Of a stretch of 64,000 nucleotides of DNA, positions 33,727 to 43,628 are shown piece by piece. The translations under genes and the position numbers were made by a program. Position 1 is the stretch's first letter. Each line of letters begins with the position of its first letter. The notes beneath the pieces were generated by a model. The model worked only from the letters and a program-made list of their open reading frames with translations, searched no databases and had not been told where the DNA came from. Source of the DNA: Candidatus Babeliales bacterium (lineage in GTDB: Bacteria > Babelota > Babeliae > Babelales > Vermiphilaceae); NCBI GenBank assembly GCA_963743635.1, contig CAVUQO010000002.1:512001-576000 (forward strand), given 5' to 3'.

Positions 33727-33975
33727 TTACTGTCGGAAGAATCGCTTCATTATAAAAGCTCTTCCTGACTGAGTCTTTAAATATTTCTCAAATTCTATGG
33801 CTGTAGATTTTTCCATAAACCCTGTGTGAGCAATCATATTCCAGGGTCTATATTTAGCTGTATGAGGTGATCCACCAGTATTGTGAATTCGTAAACGATT
33901 AGAAATGTTTGCTGTGTAGCCAATGTAAATTTGGTCAGGATCAGCAATCGAATGGAGTAAGTATACGTAATACAT
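33727..33975 (-). CDS. Small GIY-YIG nuclease family protein
   Basis: YYVYLL...IYIGYT...RLRIHN...TAKYRPW...FEKYLKTQSGRAF. Confidence 0.92.
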   Translation of the reverse strand: MYYVYLLHSIADPDQIYIGYTANISNRLRIHNTGGSPHTAKYRPWNMIAHTGFMEKSTAIEFEKYLKTQSGRAFIMKRFFRQ

Positions 33976-34133
33976 GCTGAGTAAGGTTTAAATTAAGAGA
34001 ATGTTTTTTTATAAGGAGGTCCGTCTACGCCTTTGGCTACGATCGGACAGTCTACGTTCTGTCTCTTTTTCTATCAAGTAACATTCATTAAAAAGACTGG
34101 CGTGCCAGACGTAGTTCCGTAAGGAACGTAGAC

Positions 34134-34209
34134 TGGTCGGGGTGGCCAGACTCGAACTGACAACCCCTCGCTCCCAAAGCGAGTGCGCTACCAATTGCGC
34201 TACACCCCG
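34134..34209 (-). tRNA. tRNA-Pro(TGG)
   Basis: Reverse complement CGGGGTG...CTCGC-TTTGGGA-GCGAG...GTTCGAGTC...CACCCCGACCA. Confidence 0.96.
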
Positions 34210-34356
34210 ATGACCAAATTTTCAATCATAGATTTGTTATTCAGACGCTTTATGTATAAAGCAGAATAAGATTTACCCTAATTTAGCTGTTTTTCAGGCG
34301 CATTGCAACTGAAATTCATAAATTAATTACGCCATAGCACTATGCGCGAAGGCGAA

Positions 34357-34433
34357 TGGGGTGAATGGTGGGAATCGAACCCACGACCACCAGAGCCACA
34401 ATCTGGTGCTCTACCAACTGAGCTACATTCACC
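34357..34433 (-). tRNA. tRNA-His(GTG)
   Basis: Reverse complement G-GTGAATG...CCAGA-TTGTGGC-TCTGG...CATTCAC-CCCA, with G-1. Confidence 0.96.
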
Positions 34434-34622
34434 ATGTCAATTTTAGGGTACGGGTTAAGTATACGGTGTTTATTGCAAAAATCAACGAATCCGACACGGT
34501 TTGTGCATTTTATCTTACTCGCGATATATGGTATCATAGAGTATATAAAGTATCAGTTCAGGTTGCAATGATCGAATCGGGTACAATTTTATACGTAAAT
34601 CATCAAATAAAAGGGGGTCATG

Positions 34623-37198
34623 ATGGCTCAAAAACATAGCTGGATTAAGGTCTTCGGTGCCAAAGAGCACAATCTAAAAAATATTAATGTCGATATTCCC
34701 AAGGATGCGCTGACGGTTATTACCGGGCCATCTGGATCAGGGAAAAGTTCCTTAGCGCTCGATATTCTCTTTACTGAGGGTAAACGGCGTTATATGGAGT
34801 CATTGTCTTCTTATGCCCGTCAGTTTCTTGGTGTCGCTAAAAAGCCTGATGTAGATCGTATTGATGGGCTGTGTCCAGCAATTGCAATTGAGCAGAGTAC
34901 GGTTGGTTCAAACCCACGCTCAACGGTCGGCACCATTACCGAAATTTATGATTATTTACGCGTGCTTTATGCGCGTATCGGTCAAGTCCATTGCCCTAAT
35001 TGTCGCATGCCTATTCGCGCAGAATCTCCTGAAAATATTACTGCTATGTTACTTGAAAATTTCAATGATCGCCGTATTGCCATTGCGGCGCCTGCAGCGC
35101 ACGAAAAAAAGGGTGAGTTTACCAATGAAATCCTTGATCTTTTTATAAAGGGTTTTTATCGTCTACGCATCGATGGCGTCATGCATCGATTTCGACTCAG
35201 AAGCTGAAGTAAAGGCGCTTAAGTATCAAAAAAACATACAAACACACCATTGACGTGATGATCGATCAGATTGACGTACATCATGATGATCGCGCGCGTT
35301 TGCAAGAAGCGATCGAAACCGCATTTAAATTGAGCGGCGGCATGGTAAAGATTATTGTCGGTGAGCAGGAGCATATGTATTCATCGCATCGCATGTGTAT
35401 TCGCTGCGCCGAATCGATGCCAGAACTCGAGCCGCGATTTTTCTCATTTAACTCACCGATTGGTGCGTGTGAGCAGTGTCATGGTATTGGCATTATTCAC
35501 GAATGGCCATGGGAAGAGGGTGATGCTGAATCATGGAAGGAGCGATATCCGGATTATTTTGGCCATCAGTGCGCAAGAAAAACACTTGTTCGCAGTGTCA
35601 TGGCAAGCGTTTGAATAAATATGCATTGGCGGTCACTATAGGCAGCAAAAATATTTATGACGTTTGTGAACTTTCGGTAAAAGATTTATGTGCCTTTTTT
35701 GAAACGCTCAAACTCAATCGATACTGACCAAGAAATTGGCGGAGGTTATGGTACAAGAAATTTCAAACCGATTACACTTTTTATATGATGTTGGTCTTTC
35801 CTATCTTTCGATGAATCGTTCAGCTCGCACACTTTCAGGCGGTGAAGGGCAGCGCATTCGCCTTGCAACGCAAATTGGTTCCGCATTGAGTGGCGTTTTA
35901 TATATTCTTGATGAGCCAAGTATCGGTTTACATCAGCGTGATAATGATCGCTTGATTGAAACCTTAAAAAAGTTACGCGATCAGGGCAATACGGTGGTTG
36001 TCGTTGAGCATGATATGGATACGATTGAACAATCAGATTATCTCATTGATATGGGGCCTGCAGCCGGCGTATTGGGCGGGCAAGTTACCGCGTTTGGTAC
36101 ACCAAAACAGGTTGCGCGCAAATACCGATTCTTTAACGGGTGCCTATTTAGCTGGCCGACGTGCTATTGCCGTGCCTAAAGTGTTACGAAAGCCAGAAAG
36201 CTGGTTAACGCTTGCACATGCTCGAAAAATAATTTAAAAGATTTGACCGTACAAATTTCCGCTTGGCGTTATTTGTGGCGATTTCGGGCGTTTCGGGTTC
36301 CGGTAAAAGTACGCTCATTATGCAAGAATTAGTTCCTGCAGTAGAACGAGAATTGCTCGGCAACAGACAGTTCCCGTGCCAGATGCCGATTCAGGCGATT
36401 TGCAGGGCGCAGCACATGCTTGAAAGTATGGTGGTGATTGATCAAAGCCCGATCGGCCGTACGCCGCGCTCAAATCCAGCCACCTATTTGGGTGTGTTTG
36501 ATGAGATTCGTAAGTTGTTTGCGAGCTTGCCAGAAAGTAATGCGCGCGGGTATAAAGTTGGGCGCTTTAGTTTTAACGTGCCTGAAGGGCGTTGTTTTGA
36601 ATGCCATGGTGATGGTGTTATTAAAGTGACGATGCATTTCTTGCCTGAGGTAACGATGATATGTAAATCATGTAACGGCAGACGCTATAATAGCGAAACA
36701 CTTGCACATTATCTATAAAGGCAAATCGATTGCAGATGTTCTTGAAATGACTGCTTATGAAGCGCTTGAATTCTTCAATGCACATAGCACGATTGCAAAA
36801 CGATTACAGTTGCTGTGCGATGTTGGCCTTGATTATCTTAAATTAGGCCAAGCATCAACGACGCTTTCAGGCGGTGAAGCACAACGTATTAAGCTCGTTG
36901 ATGAACTTGCAAAGCGCGGCAATAAAACGCTTTACATTCTTGATGAGCCAACAACTGGTTTGCATACAAGTGATATTGAAAAATTACTTGATGGTGCTTA
37001 ATCGGCTTAGTCGATAAAGGTAATTCAATGATTGTGATCGAACATAATCTTGATGTGCTCAAAACCGTTGATTATCTGATTGATCTTGGCCCTGAAGGGG
37101 GCGATGCGGGCGGTACGATTGTAGCTACCGGTACGCCGCGTGAAGTAGCCAAAGCTCCGGCAAGTTACACCGGCAGATATCTGAAGAAATTATTGTAA
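34623..37198 (+). CDS. uvrA: Excinuclease ABC subunit A (many apparent frameshifts)
   Basis: [63 protein letters not shown], ending [11 protein letters not shown]. Confidence 0.96.
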
Positions 37199-37372
37199 CG
37201 CGTACAGCATTAAAAAGGTTAAGGGCCTCGAAGATACTTTCTTCGAGGCCCTTTTTTATGTTTGCTGATTACTATTCAGACGGCTTCTTGTTAGATGTGA
37301 GAAGAATGCAAAGAACTACGTTGCTCTCATCTAATTCTCGCTTTCAATAACTACTTTCAATAAGTTGAGACC

Positions 37373-37840
37373 TTAGGGATATGAAGGGGCCCATAGAATA
37401 TTTTGATTTTGTATGATATTACGAATGATGCGTGTGGCTAAGTGCCGATATGTGGGCTGCATCGCATAATAGGCATCTAATACAGCCGCAATCAAATTAA
37501 ATGGGATTGGATTTTGTGGGTTATTTTGGACAAAGTTCACAAGTTCGTAAAATAAGTTCATATTATTATCTCTCAGAGCCTCAAGTTGTCGAATAATAGT
37601 TAGGTATGTCTGTGGAAAACATAGGAATTGACCATTGTTTTCATAGATTCGGTAGTCGCCATCTTCTTCTTGAAGTGTAATGCCATTGAGATGTCGAGTC
37701 TGCAATTCTGTAACAATGGCATCATCGTTCATGGCGTCCACTTGTAGCTTTATGTGTGCTTGAGGACCAAGATTCATTGCCAATACTGACTGTCCATGGC
37801 AAACCAGGGCTACCATAGTTAATAGTTTTAAAATCTTCAT
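37373..37840 (-). CDS. Secreted orphan protein, array unit 1 (leader type A)
   Basis: MKILKLLTMVALVCHGQSVLAM leader. Confidence 0.8.
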   Translation of the reverse strand: MKILKLLTMVALVCHGQSVLAMNLGPQAHIKLQVDAMNDDAIVTELQTRHLNGITLQEEDGDYRIYENNGQFLCFPQTYLTIIRQLEALRDNNMNLFYELVNFVQNNPQNPIPFNLIAAVLDAYYAMQPTYRHLATRIIRNIIQNQNILWAPSYP

Positions 37841-38079
37841 ATTCTTTTTTCCTTTTTTATTAATGGTTAATGTTTGTTATCAACTATAAGAATACTAAAA
37901 GTTAAAGTTAAAAATCAACAATTTTCAACACTTTTATCATTTACAGGTTGAGATTTTGGTGCGCTGCGCGTGAAATAGCCAAAATTCCGGCACGTTACAT
38001 AGGCAGATATTTGAAGAAATTATTGTAATCGAACATAAAAAGAGTTCCCGGCGGCCACTCATTTTATGTTCTTCGTAAA

Positions 38080-38567
38080 TTATCGACTGGGTTTTGGTAC
38101 GTGCGTTAAATTACGATTTTTTATGATGTGCTTGATAACTGCGTCGCTTTCTTTTTTTTCATAGTCGTTATAATTAATGATGTCATAACCAACAACAGCT
38201 GTAAGTAAATTTAATGGTAAGAGGTTATTTTCGTTATCGGGATTTAGGACGAAATTTTGAATTTGATTGAATGTTCCGCAATCAGTTAGGCGTAAATTGG
38301 CAAGTAAATCGCAGGTTGCAAGATACTGTCTTGCCCTGCCTAAATCGATATATTGATTTGGTTGATTCGGCTGTGTAGCATATACCCATATTCGACCATT
38401 TTCCACGTACCCAAATCCATTGAGTGTTTCTGAGCGCTCTTCGACCATGTCATCACTCATATTTTCTAATTCCGTATAATTTGTTGTCTTTGTTGCTCTG
38501 TCAGTGCCAGTGCTAATTGTCCGTAGCACAGCAGGGTGATGAGAGCCATTAATTTTAGGTTTTTCAT
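38080..38567 (-). CDS. Secreted orphan protein, array unit 2 (leader type A; frameshift near 38475)
   Basis: ATG at 38567 gives MKNLKLMALITLLCYGQLALALTEQQRQQII; a shift joins it to ELENMSDD... of ORF 38080..38592. Confidence 0.75.
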
Positions 38568-38899
38568 ATTCTTTTTCTCCCTTTTTGGTCACGCCATAAC
38601 TTTAGCGACGGCGGATTGTGAATATTAATACTATAATCATTTACTAGCTTAATAAAAGTTAAAGTGAAAAATCAACAATATTATCGCCCAATGACTTATG
38701 ATTTCAGGTTAAAAAGGCGAAATTTATGGTTTGTAGTCTCAAGGGGGAGACTGCCCAGGGTGGGCCACAAAAGCCTTATTTTAGCTGTCGAAAAGCTGAA
38801 GGTGATATTTGAAGAAATTATTGTAACGCGTACAGCATTAAAAAAGATAAGGGCCTCGAAGATACACTCTTCGAGGCCCTTTGTTATGTTTTCTGATTA

Positions 38900-39427
38900 C
38901 TATTCCTTTTTCCCAAGAAGTGAGGGATGAGTGGGTAGTTGAGGTCGTCTTAATGTTATGTCGACACTCGATGCCGGAACATTTGGCGCGGTAGGCGTGC
39001 TTTTTGATGATGAACCACGGTATGCAGGAAGATTGGTCTTTTTCGCTTGCTCTTCTTCTTCTTCTTCCACTGGAAATGCAGGCCGTCTGAGTTCTGCTTG
39101 TGAGGCTTGTGGTTGTTGCTGAAGGAGGGAAGGATGGATAGGAAGCTCAGGCCGTCTCAATGTTGTGTCGACACTCGATGCTGCGCTGCTTGAAGATGCA
39201 GGGGCTTTTTGGGAGCTTTCGGTGAGACTTAAGCGTATTGCCTCTTGTATCATTGCATCCTCTTCTCGAGCTCGTGCCTCTGCCGCTGCTTTTTGGGCAT
39301 CTATGATACGTTGAGCCTCGTGTTGTTTTTTAACTCTTTCAAGCGCTTGCTCGCTCATTGCGAACATTGGTTGGGCACAGAAAGTTAATGTTAGTGCAAT
39401 AATGTTTATTATTTTGCATGTCTTCAT
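38900..39427 (-). CDS. Secreted protein with UIM-like motif, array unit 3 (leader type B)
   Basis: Leader ending MFAM; EEDAMIQEAIRLSLTES; repeated SSVDxTLRRPxLPxHPSLL. Confidence 0.78.
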   Translation of the reverse strand: MKTCKIINIIALTLTFCAQPMFAMSEQALERVKKQHEAQRIIDAQKAAAEARAREEDAMIQEAIRLSLTESSQKAPASSSSAASSVDTTLRRPELPIHPSLLQQQPQASQAELRRPAFPVEEEEEEQAKKTNLPAYRGSSSKSTPTAPNVPASSVDITLRRPQLPTHPSLLGKKE

Positions 39428-39637
39428 AGTACGTGGATCCTTTGAAAAAAGGGTTATAAAAGTTCATTATGTTCAAAAATAAAAAAGGGAGCGCGAAAAA
39501 CGCAATATATTTCATTGGGTGTCGGAATGTGTGGCTCGATTTTTGGAGAATGTGCGATCGCTCTAGAGTAAAGTAGGCCTTGGGAATACATGCTCTAAGG
39601 CCTACTCGTATTGCTTAGCGATTCTTTTGGCAGTTGA

Positions 39638-39922
39638 TTACTGCTTGCGCGTTCGCTTACGGTTTCTGAATAGCTTTTCAAGCGCTTTATCAAGTTTTGC
39701 TTCCGCTCGTTCCTGTTCAAGTAGATCCGAGGCTTTTTCAAGTTGTTCGTTCGCGCGTTGAATGTCTAGTATTGCTTCTCTTCGAGATTTTGTAATATCT
39801 GCCTGCAGTCTAGCATCGAAAGCTTGTTCTGTTTGGCTGAGTCTCTCTCTTTCTGTCATCGCCAGCATTGATTGCCCGTAGCACACCAATACCACGAGAG
39901 CCATTAATTTTAGATTCTTCAT
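39638..39922 (-). CDS. Small secreted coiled-coil protein, array unit 4 (leader type A)
   Basis: MKNLKLMALVVLVCYGQSMLAM leader; basic C-terminus RNRKRTRKQ. Confidence 0.72.
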   Translation of the reverse strand: MKNLKLMALVVLVCYGQSMLAMTERERLSQTEQAFDARLQADITKSRREAILDIQRANEQLEKASDLLEQERAEAKLDKALEKLFRNRKRTRKQ

Positions 39923-40001
39923 ATTCTTTTTCTCCTTTTTTAGTCACGCCATAGCTTTAGCGACGGCGGATTATGAAGATTAATGTTAATTATCAATTAC
40001 C

Positions 40002-40031
40002 AGCATAATAAAAGTTAAAGTTAAAAATCAA
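40002..40031 (-). promoter_or_regulatory. Putative sigma70 promoter repeated upstream of type-A array genes
   Basis: Minus strand TTGATT-N18-TATGCT; related AAAAGTTAAAGTTAAAAATCAACA blocks at about 37897, 38655, 40010, 42781 and 43519. Confidence 0.55.
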
Positions 40032-40283
40032 CAGTTTTCGACTTTTTTGTATCATTTGCAGGTTGAGATTTTGGTACGCCGCGCGTGAAATACCCAAAAT
40101 TCCGGCATGTTACATAGGCAGATATTTGAAGAAATTATTGTAACGCGTACAGCATTAAAAAGGTTAAGGGCCCCGGAGATACGCTCTTCGAGGCCCTTAT
40201 CTTTTGTTTTCTGACTGCCCTAGAGTAAAAAAGAAGGGCGCAAAATGCTATGCATGGTGTTTGGAATGTATAAATGCATAATA

Positions 40284-41996
40284 CTAATCCCCATTCCATC
40301 TTCCTAGATCGAGTATCGTAATTAATTTACGAGCTTTTATGGCAGCTCGGCCAGCATTTCTGTTCTGTGCTACTTCTTCAAATATTGCACGAGCCCCTTG
40401 ATAGTCCCCACTATTTGCAGCGTTTCTACCTTCTGTCAAACGAGCCCAAGCCGCTTGTTCAGCGGGGGATTCATCATAAAAAGAAGATAATGATGTTTGT
40501 GCCGCGCCCCCAAACTGAGGGGTTGTTTGCTCTCGAGTAGAAGCCTGGCCAGATTCAGTTTGAACTACCGATTTTTTACTACATGGTGGCATTAAGAATG
40601 TGGCATAAAGTTCGGTGTCAGTTGCCGTTTCAGTTGATTTTGAGGTGAATTGAATCCGAGTGACCGTGAATTCAGAGTCAACAAGTTTGAATTCATTGCC
40701 AAACATATCCGGACCGAGGCCTGAAATGCCTAGTATTTGCAGTATGTTATTTCGCTGTACTGAACTCAAACCATCTATGAAATTAAAACGTTCAGTTTCT
40801 TCCCAAATGGCCTTTCCATCAGCATCTACCCAAACATTTTCTCCAATCATGTTCCGGACAAGCTTTGCTCGTGCGCTCGGCTGATTTCGTGCAAGTACTT
40901 CTTTTATATACGGTGGATTTAAACGACCCAATGAGATATGCAGATTGTTGCCTGTTAATACTTCATTTCTTTCTTGGGGTGTATAGGTTCTGAATGTTTT
41001 TGGCAATTTGGCTGAATCCATAAAACAATTGCCATTCTGGGTTTGGACTCTTTGTAAATGATTTTTAATGGTATCAAGGAGCGATAGGAGTGCTTCGCCT
41101 GATTGGCGCGATTGGGGGAGTATTGCGAGCGGAACCCATATTTTTTGATGACTTCCATACGGAGGCCATTTTATGCTGCCAGTTGTTAAATCCAGAGGTC
41201 CGCATTGCTGTGAGACAGACCACTCATTGATGGCGGTTTCCACTGTTCTTACTACTTGATTGATAATATCATTTCGTCTTGGATCTCCATCATACATATC
41301 ACCAAGAGTTGGCAGCGTAATGTGAATATTGTCGGGATCTTGTTCGTAAAAAGAAAGGCATTTTTGTTTTGGTGGTATGAGAGTGAGCAATCGTATTGGT
41401 GCTGTTGGATGTGATTGATTGTAGGGTAAGATTTGCTCGTTGTTAAATCTCACTATTTCTTTGTTTTTTGCATTAATTTGCTCAGGAGTTGCGGTTGATG
41501 AATCGATTTTTTGTGGTCGTGCTTTGTGGAGGTCTGTGGGCAGAACGGAAGCCGCATTATGGTATCCAGCGTTGATCCGATTAATCTTTTCTTGCTCTAT
41601 TGGGAAAAAATTGCAGTCCGGATCTCTGATATTATTGATTTGAGTAATCTCGTCTTTTACATTCCGTATAAGGCCTCGAACCTTTTGTATTACGGTTGGC
41701 AAGTGTTCAACGTTGATGATTAAAGCATAGGTTCTTAAGGTACCTTGCTGAGAGGGTACATATGCCGCAATAGGGGCAACCTGGGAGGCGGATGATGCTG
41801 CGCTTCCTGAGGATACCGGGGGCCTTTGGGAGCTTTCGGTGAGACTTAAGCGTATTGCCTCTTGTATCATTGCCTCCTCTTCTCGAGCCCGCGCCTCTGC
41901 CGCTGTTTTTAGTGCTCGCTCGTTCATCGCCAGTACTAATTGGCCATAGAAGGTAAGTGAGAGTATTGCAATCACTATTTTTTTGAATGTCTTCAT
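40284..41996 (-). CDS. Secreted protein with UIM-like motif and putative 2H-phosphoesterase domain, array unit 5 (leader type B)
   Basis: Leader ending VLAM; EEEAMIQEAIRLSLTES; IHITL and LHISL motifs; C-terminal TPR-like helix pair. Confidence 0.7.
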   Translation of the reverse strand: MKTFKKIVIAILSLTFYGQLVLAMNERALKTAAEARAREEEAMIQEAIRLSLTESSQRPPVSSGSAASSASQVAPIAAYVPSQQGTLRTYALIINVEHLPTVIQKVRGLIRNVKDEITQINNIRDPDCNFFPIEQEKINRINAGYHNAASVLPTDLHKARPQKIDSSTATPEQINAKNKEIVRFNNEQILPYNQSHPTAPIRLLTLIPPKQKCLSFYEQDPDNIHITLPTLGDMYDGDPRRNDIINQVVRTVETAINEWSVSQQCGPLDLTTGSIKWPPYGSHQKIWVPLAILPQSRQSGEALLSLLDTIKNHLQRVQTQNGNCFMDSAKLPKTFRTYTPQERNEVLTGNNLHISLGRLNPPYIKEVLARNQPSARAKLVRNMIGENVWVDADGKAIWEETERFNFIDGLSSVQRNNILQILGISGLGPDMFGNEFKLVDSEFTVTRIQFTSKSTETATDTELYATFLMPPCSKKSVVQTESGQASTREQTTPQFGGAAQTSLSSFYDESPAEQAAWARLTEGRNAANSGDYQGARAIFEEVAQNRNAGRAAIKARKLITILDLGRWNGD

Positions 41997-42204
41997 GAGA
42001 CCCTCAATTCTTTGAAATAAGATTATAAAAGTTCATTATGTTCAAAAATAAAAAAGGGAGCGCGAAAAATGCAATATATTTCATTGGAGTCAGAATATGC
42101 GGCTTGATCTTTGGAGAAATACTTGTAACACGTACAGAGATAAGGGCCTCGGAGATACGCTCTTCGAGGCCCTTATCTTTTTATTCTATCGGCAGCTTTC
42201 GCAT

Positions 42205-42693
42205 TTACCGTGGCATGTTCATTGTTACTATGTGGTTGATGACAGAACCTGGCGCCGAGTTCCCTTCAAAAATAACAAGCATTGGATACTGCTTAAGTTC
42301 CTCAGCATTTTGTATATTTGCTGGGAAGGACGTGTCTTGGCTTCTAGAAGTCTCTATTGCGGCCACATAGCGGTTGTAAAAGTCAGGATTAGATGCTTTT
42401 AATGCTCTCAGCTGATTGAGTAAAGATATATAATATCTAGCAGTTCCCCACATACGTGGAGCATCAGGGGAATTGCCTATGATAAAGTTAAGTACCGGAT
42501 TGCCTTCATCATCTTCCTGCATTTTCACGTCATTAATTTTAATACCATTAAGAGCATTGATTTCAGCCTTTAACGTGTCTGCTTCCATCTTCATCACTGC
42601 TTTATCAATCTCTTCTCCTGAGATGCTCATTGCCAGCATTGATTGGCCGTAGCACACCAATACCACGAGAGCCATTAATTTTAGATTCTTCAT
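42205..42693 (-). CDS. Secreted orphan protein, array unit 6 (leader type A)
   Basis: MKNLKLMALVVLVCYGQSMLAM leader identical to unit 4. Confidence 0.8.
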   Translation of the reverse strand: MKNLKLMALVVLVCYGQSMLAMSISGEEIDKAVMKMEADTLKAEINALNGIKINDVKMQEDDEGNPVLNFIIGNSPDAPRMWGTARYYISLLNQLRALKASNPDFYNRYVAAIETSRSQDTSFPANIQNAEELKQYPMLVIFEGNSAPGSVINHIVTMNMPR

Positions 42694-43010
42694 ATTCTTT
42701 TTCTCCTTTTTTAGTCACGCCATAGCTTTAGCGACGGCGGATTATGAAGATTAATGTTAATTATCAATTAACAGCATAATAAAAGTTAAAGTTAAAAATC
42801 AACAATATTATATATTAAGTTTTAAATAAGGCTTAAATTTACTATTTTTCGCTGGAATTAGTACATTTAGGAGGATGTAGGGCAGGGTAGAATAGGTGAA
42901 GAAAATAGTTGCAAGACGTGCAGTATTAAAAAGATAAGGGCCTCGGAGATACGCTCTTCGAGGCCCTTCTGGTAATAATATTGGACTATTTTCTTCTGCT
43001 GAGCAGATTA

Positions 43011-43466
43011 TTACTTAATATTTATTGTGTAATTCCGATTTTGCATGATGTGAGCGATTATGTCTCTGGCAAGGGCGATGTCTTCATAATTATCACCAAT
43101 AACAGCTTGGAGTAAAGACCATTTCAAGGATGGATAATCTATACGTTTATAGTTATTCATAATGCTTTCGAATGTTGTCGCATCGGTTTCGCGCAACTCA
43201 TTGACCCATCCTAGAATCAATAAATATTCTCTTGGAGTGCATAACTTAGACGATGTCCCATCCAATTTTTTATAAAAATCTGACGACCCATCGCGATTGT
43301 AACCTATGCTACCGCCTTTTAATTTCGTCGCAATATTATCCACTTGTTGTTCGGTCATGCTATCTATCTCGTTCTTAATGACGGCTCTTTCCGCATCGTT
43401 AAGCGCCAGTACTGATTGCCCGTAGCACACCAATGCCACGAGAGTCATTAATTTTAGATTCTTCAT
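43011..43466 (-). CDS. Secreted orphan protein, array unit 7 (leader type A)
   Basis: MKNLKLMTLVALVCYGQSVLAL leader; weak similarity to units 1, 2 and 6 (LLxAV...HIxxNxN). Confidence 0.8.
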   Translation of the reverse strand: MKNLKLMTLVALVCYGQSVLALNDAERAVIKNEIDSMTEQQVDNIATKLKGGSIGYNRDGSSDFYKKLDGTSSKLCTPREYLLILGWVNELRETDATTFESIMNNYKRIDYPSLKWSLLQAVIGDNYEDIALARDIIAHIMQNRNYTINIK

Positions 43467-43628
43467 ATTTTTTCTCCTTTTTTATGAAGATTGTACTATT
43501 ACCAGTTATCAGCTTACTAAAAGATAAAGTTACAAATCAACAATATTGGTGATTTGTTGGTACATGCAGGTTTGAATCATGATATTTGGCCAGTTTTCTT
43601 TGTCCTTTTCCGAGGCAGGCCACGAAGA

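Larger units (their letters stand above)
37130..42968 (+). repeat. uvrA 3'-tail plus terminator repeat family: original 37130-37257; copies at about 37958-38028, 38804-38882, 39541-39605 (very degenerate), 40073-40199, 42111-42177, 42897-42968
   Basis: Shared GATATYTGAAGAAATTATTGTAACGCGTACAGCATTAAAAAG and AAGGGCCTCGRAGATAC--TCTTCGAGGCCCTT hairpin. Confidence 0.9.

Noticed and set aside
38664..38930. Plus-strand ORFs in array spacers (38664..38930, 42038..42370, 42097..42402)
   Set aside because: They run through promoter blocks, uvrA-tail copies and terminators; their mutual similarity comes from the non-coding repeat
37373..43466. Diversity-generating retroelement as the source of cargo variation
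   Set aside because: No reverse transcriptase and no template/variable repeat pair differing only at adenines
37130..43575. Classical integron or prophage
   Set aside because: No integrase, no attC-type RYYYAAC...GTTRRRY structures recognised, each gene has its own promoter-like block, and no phage genes
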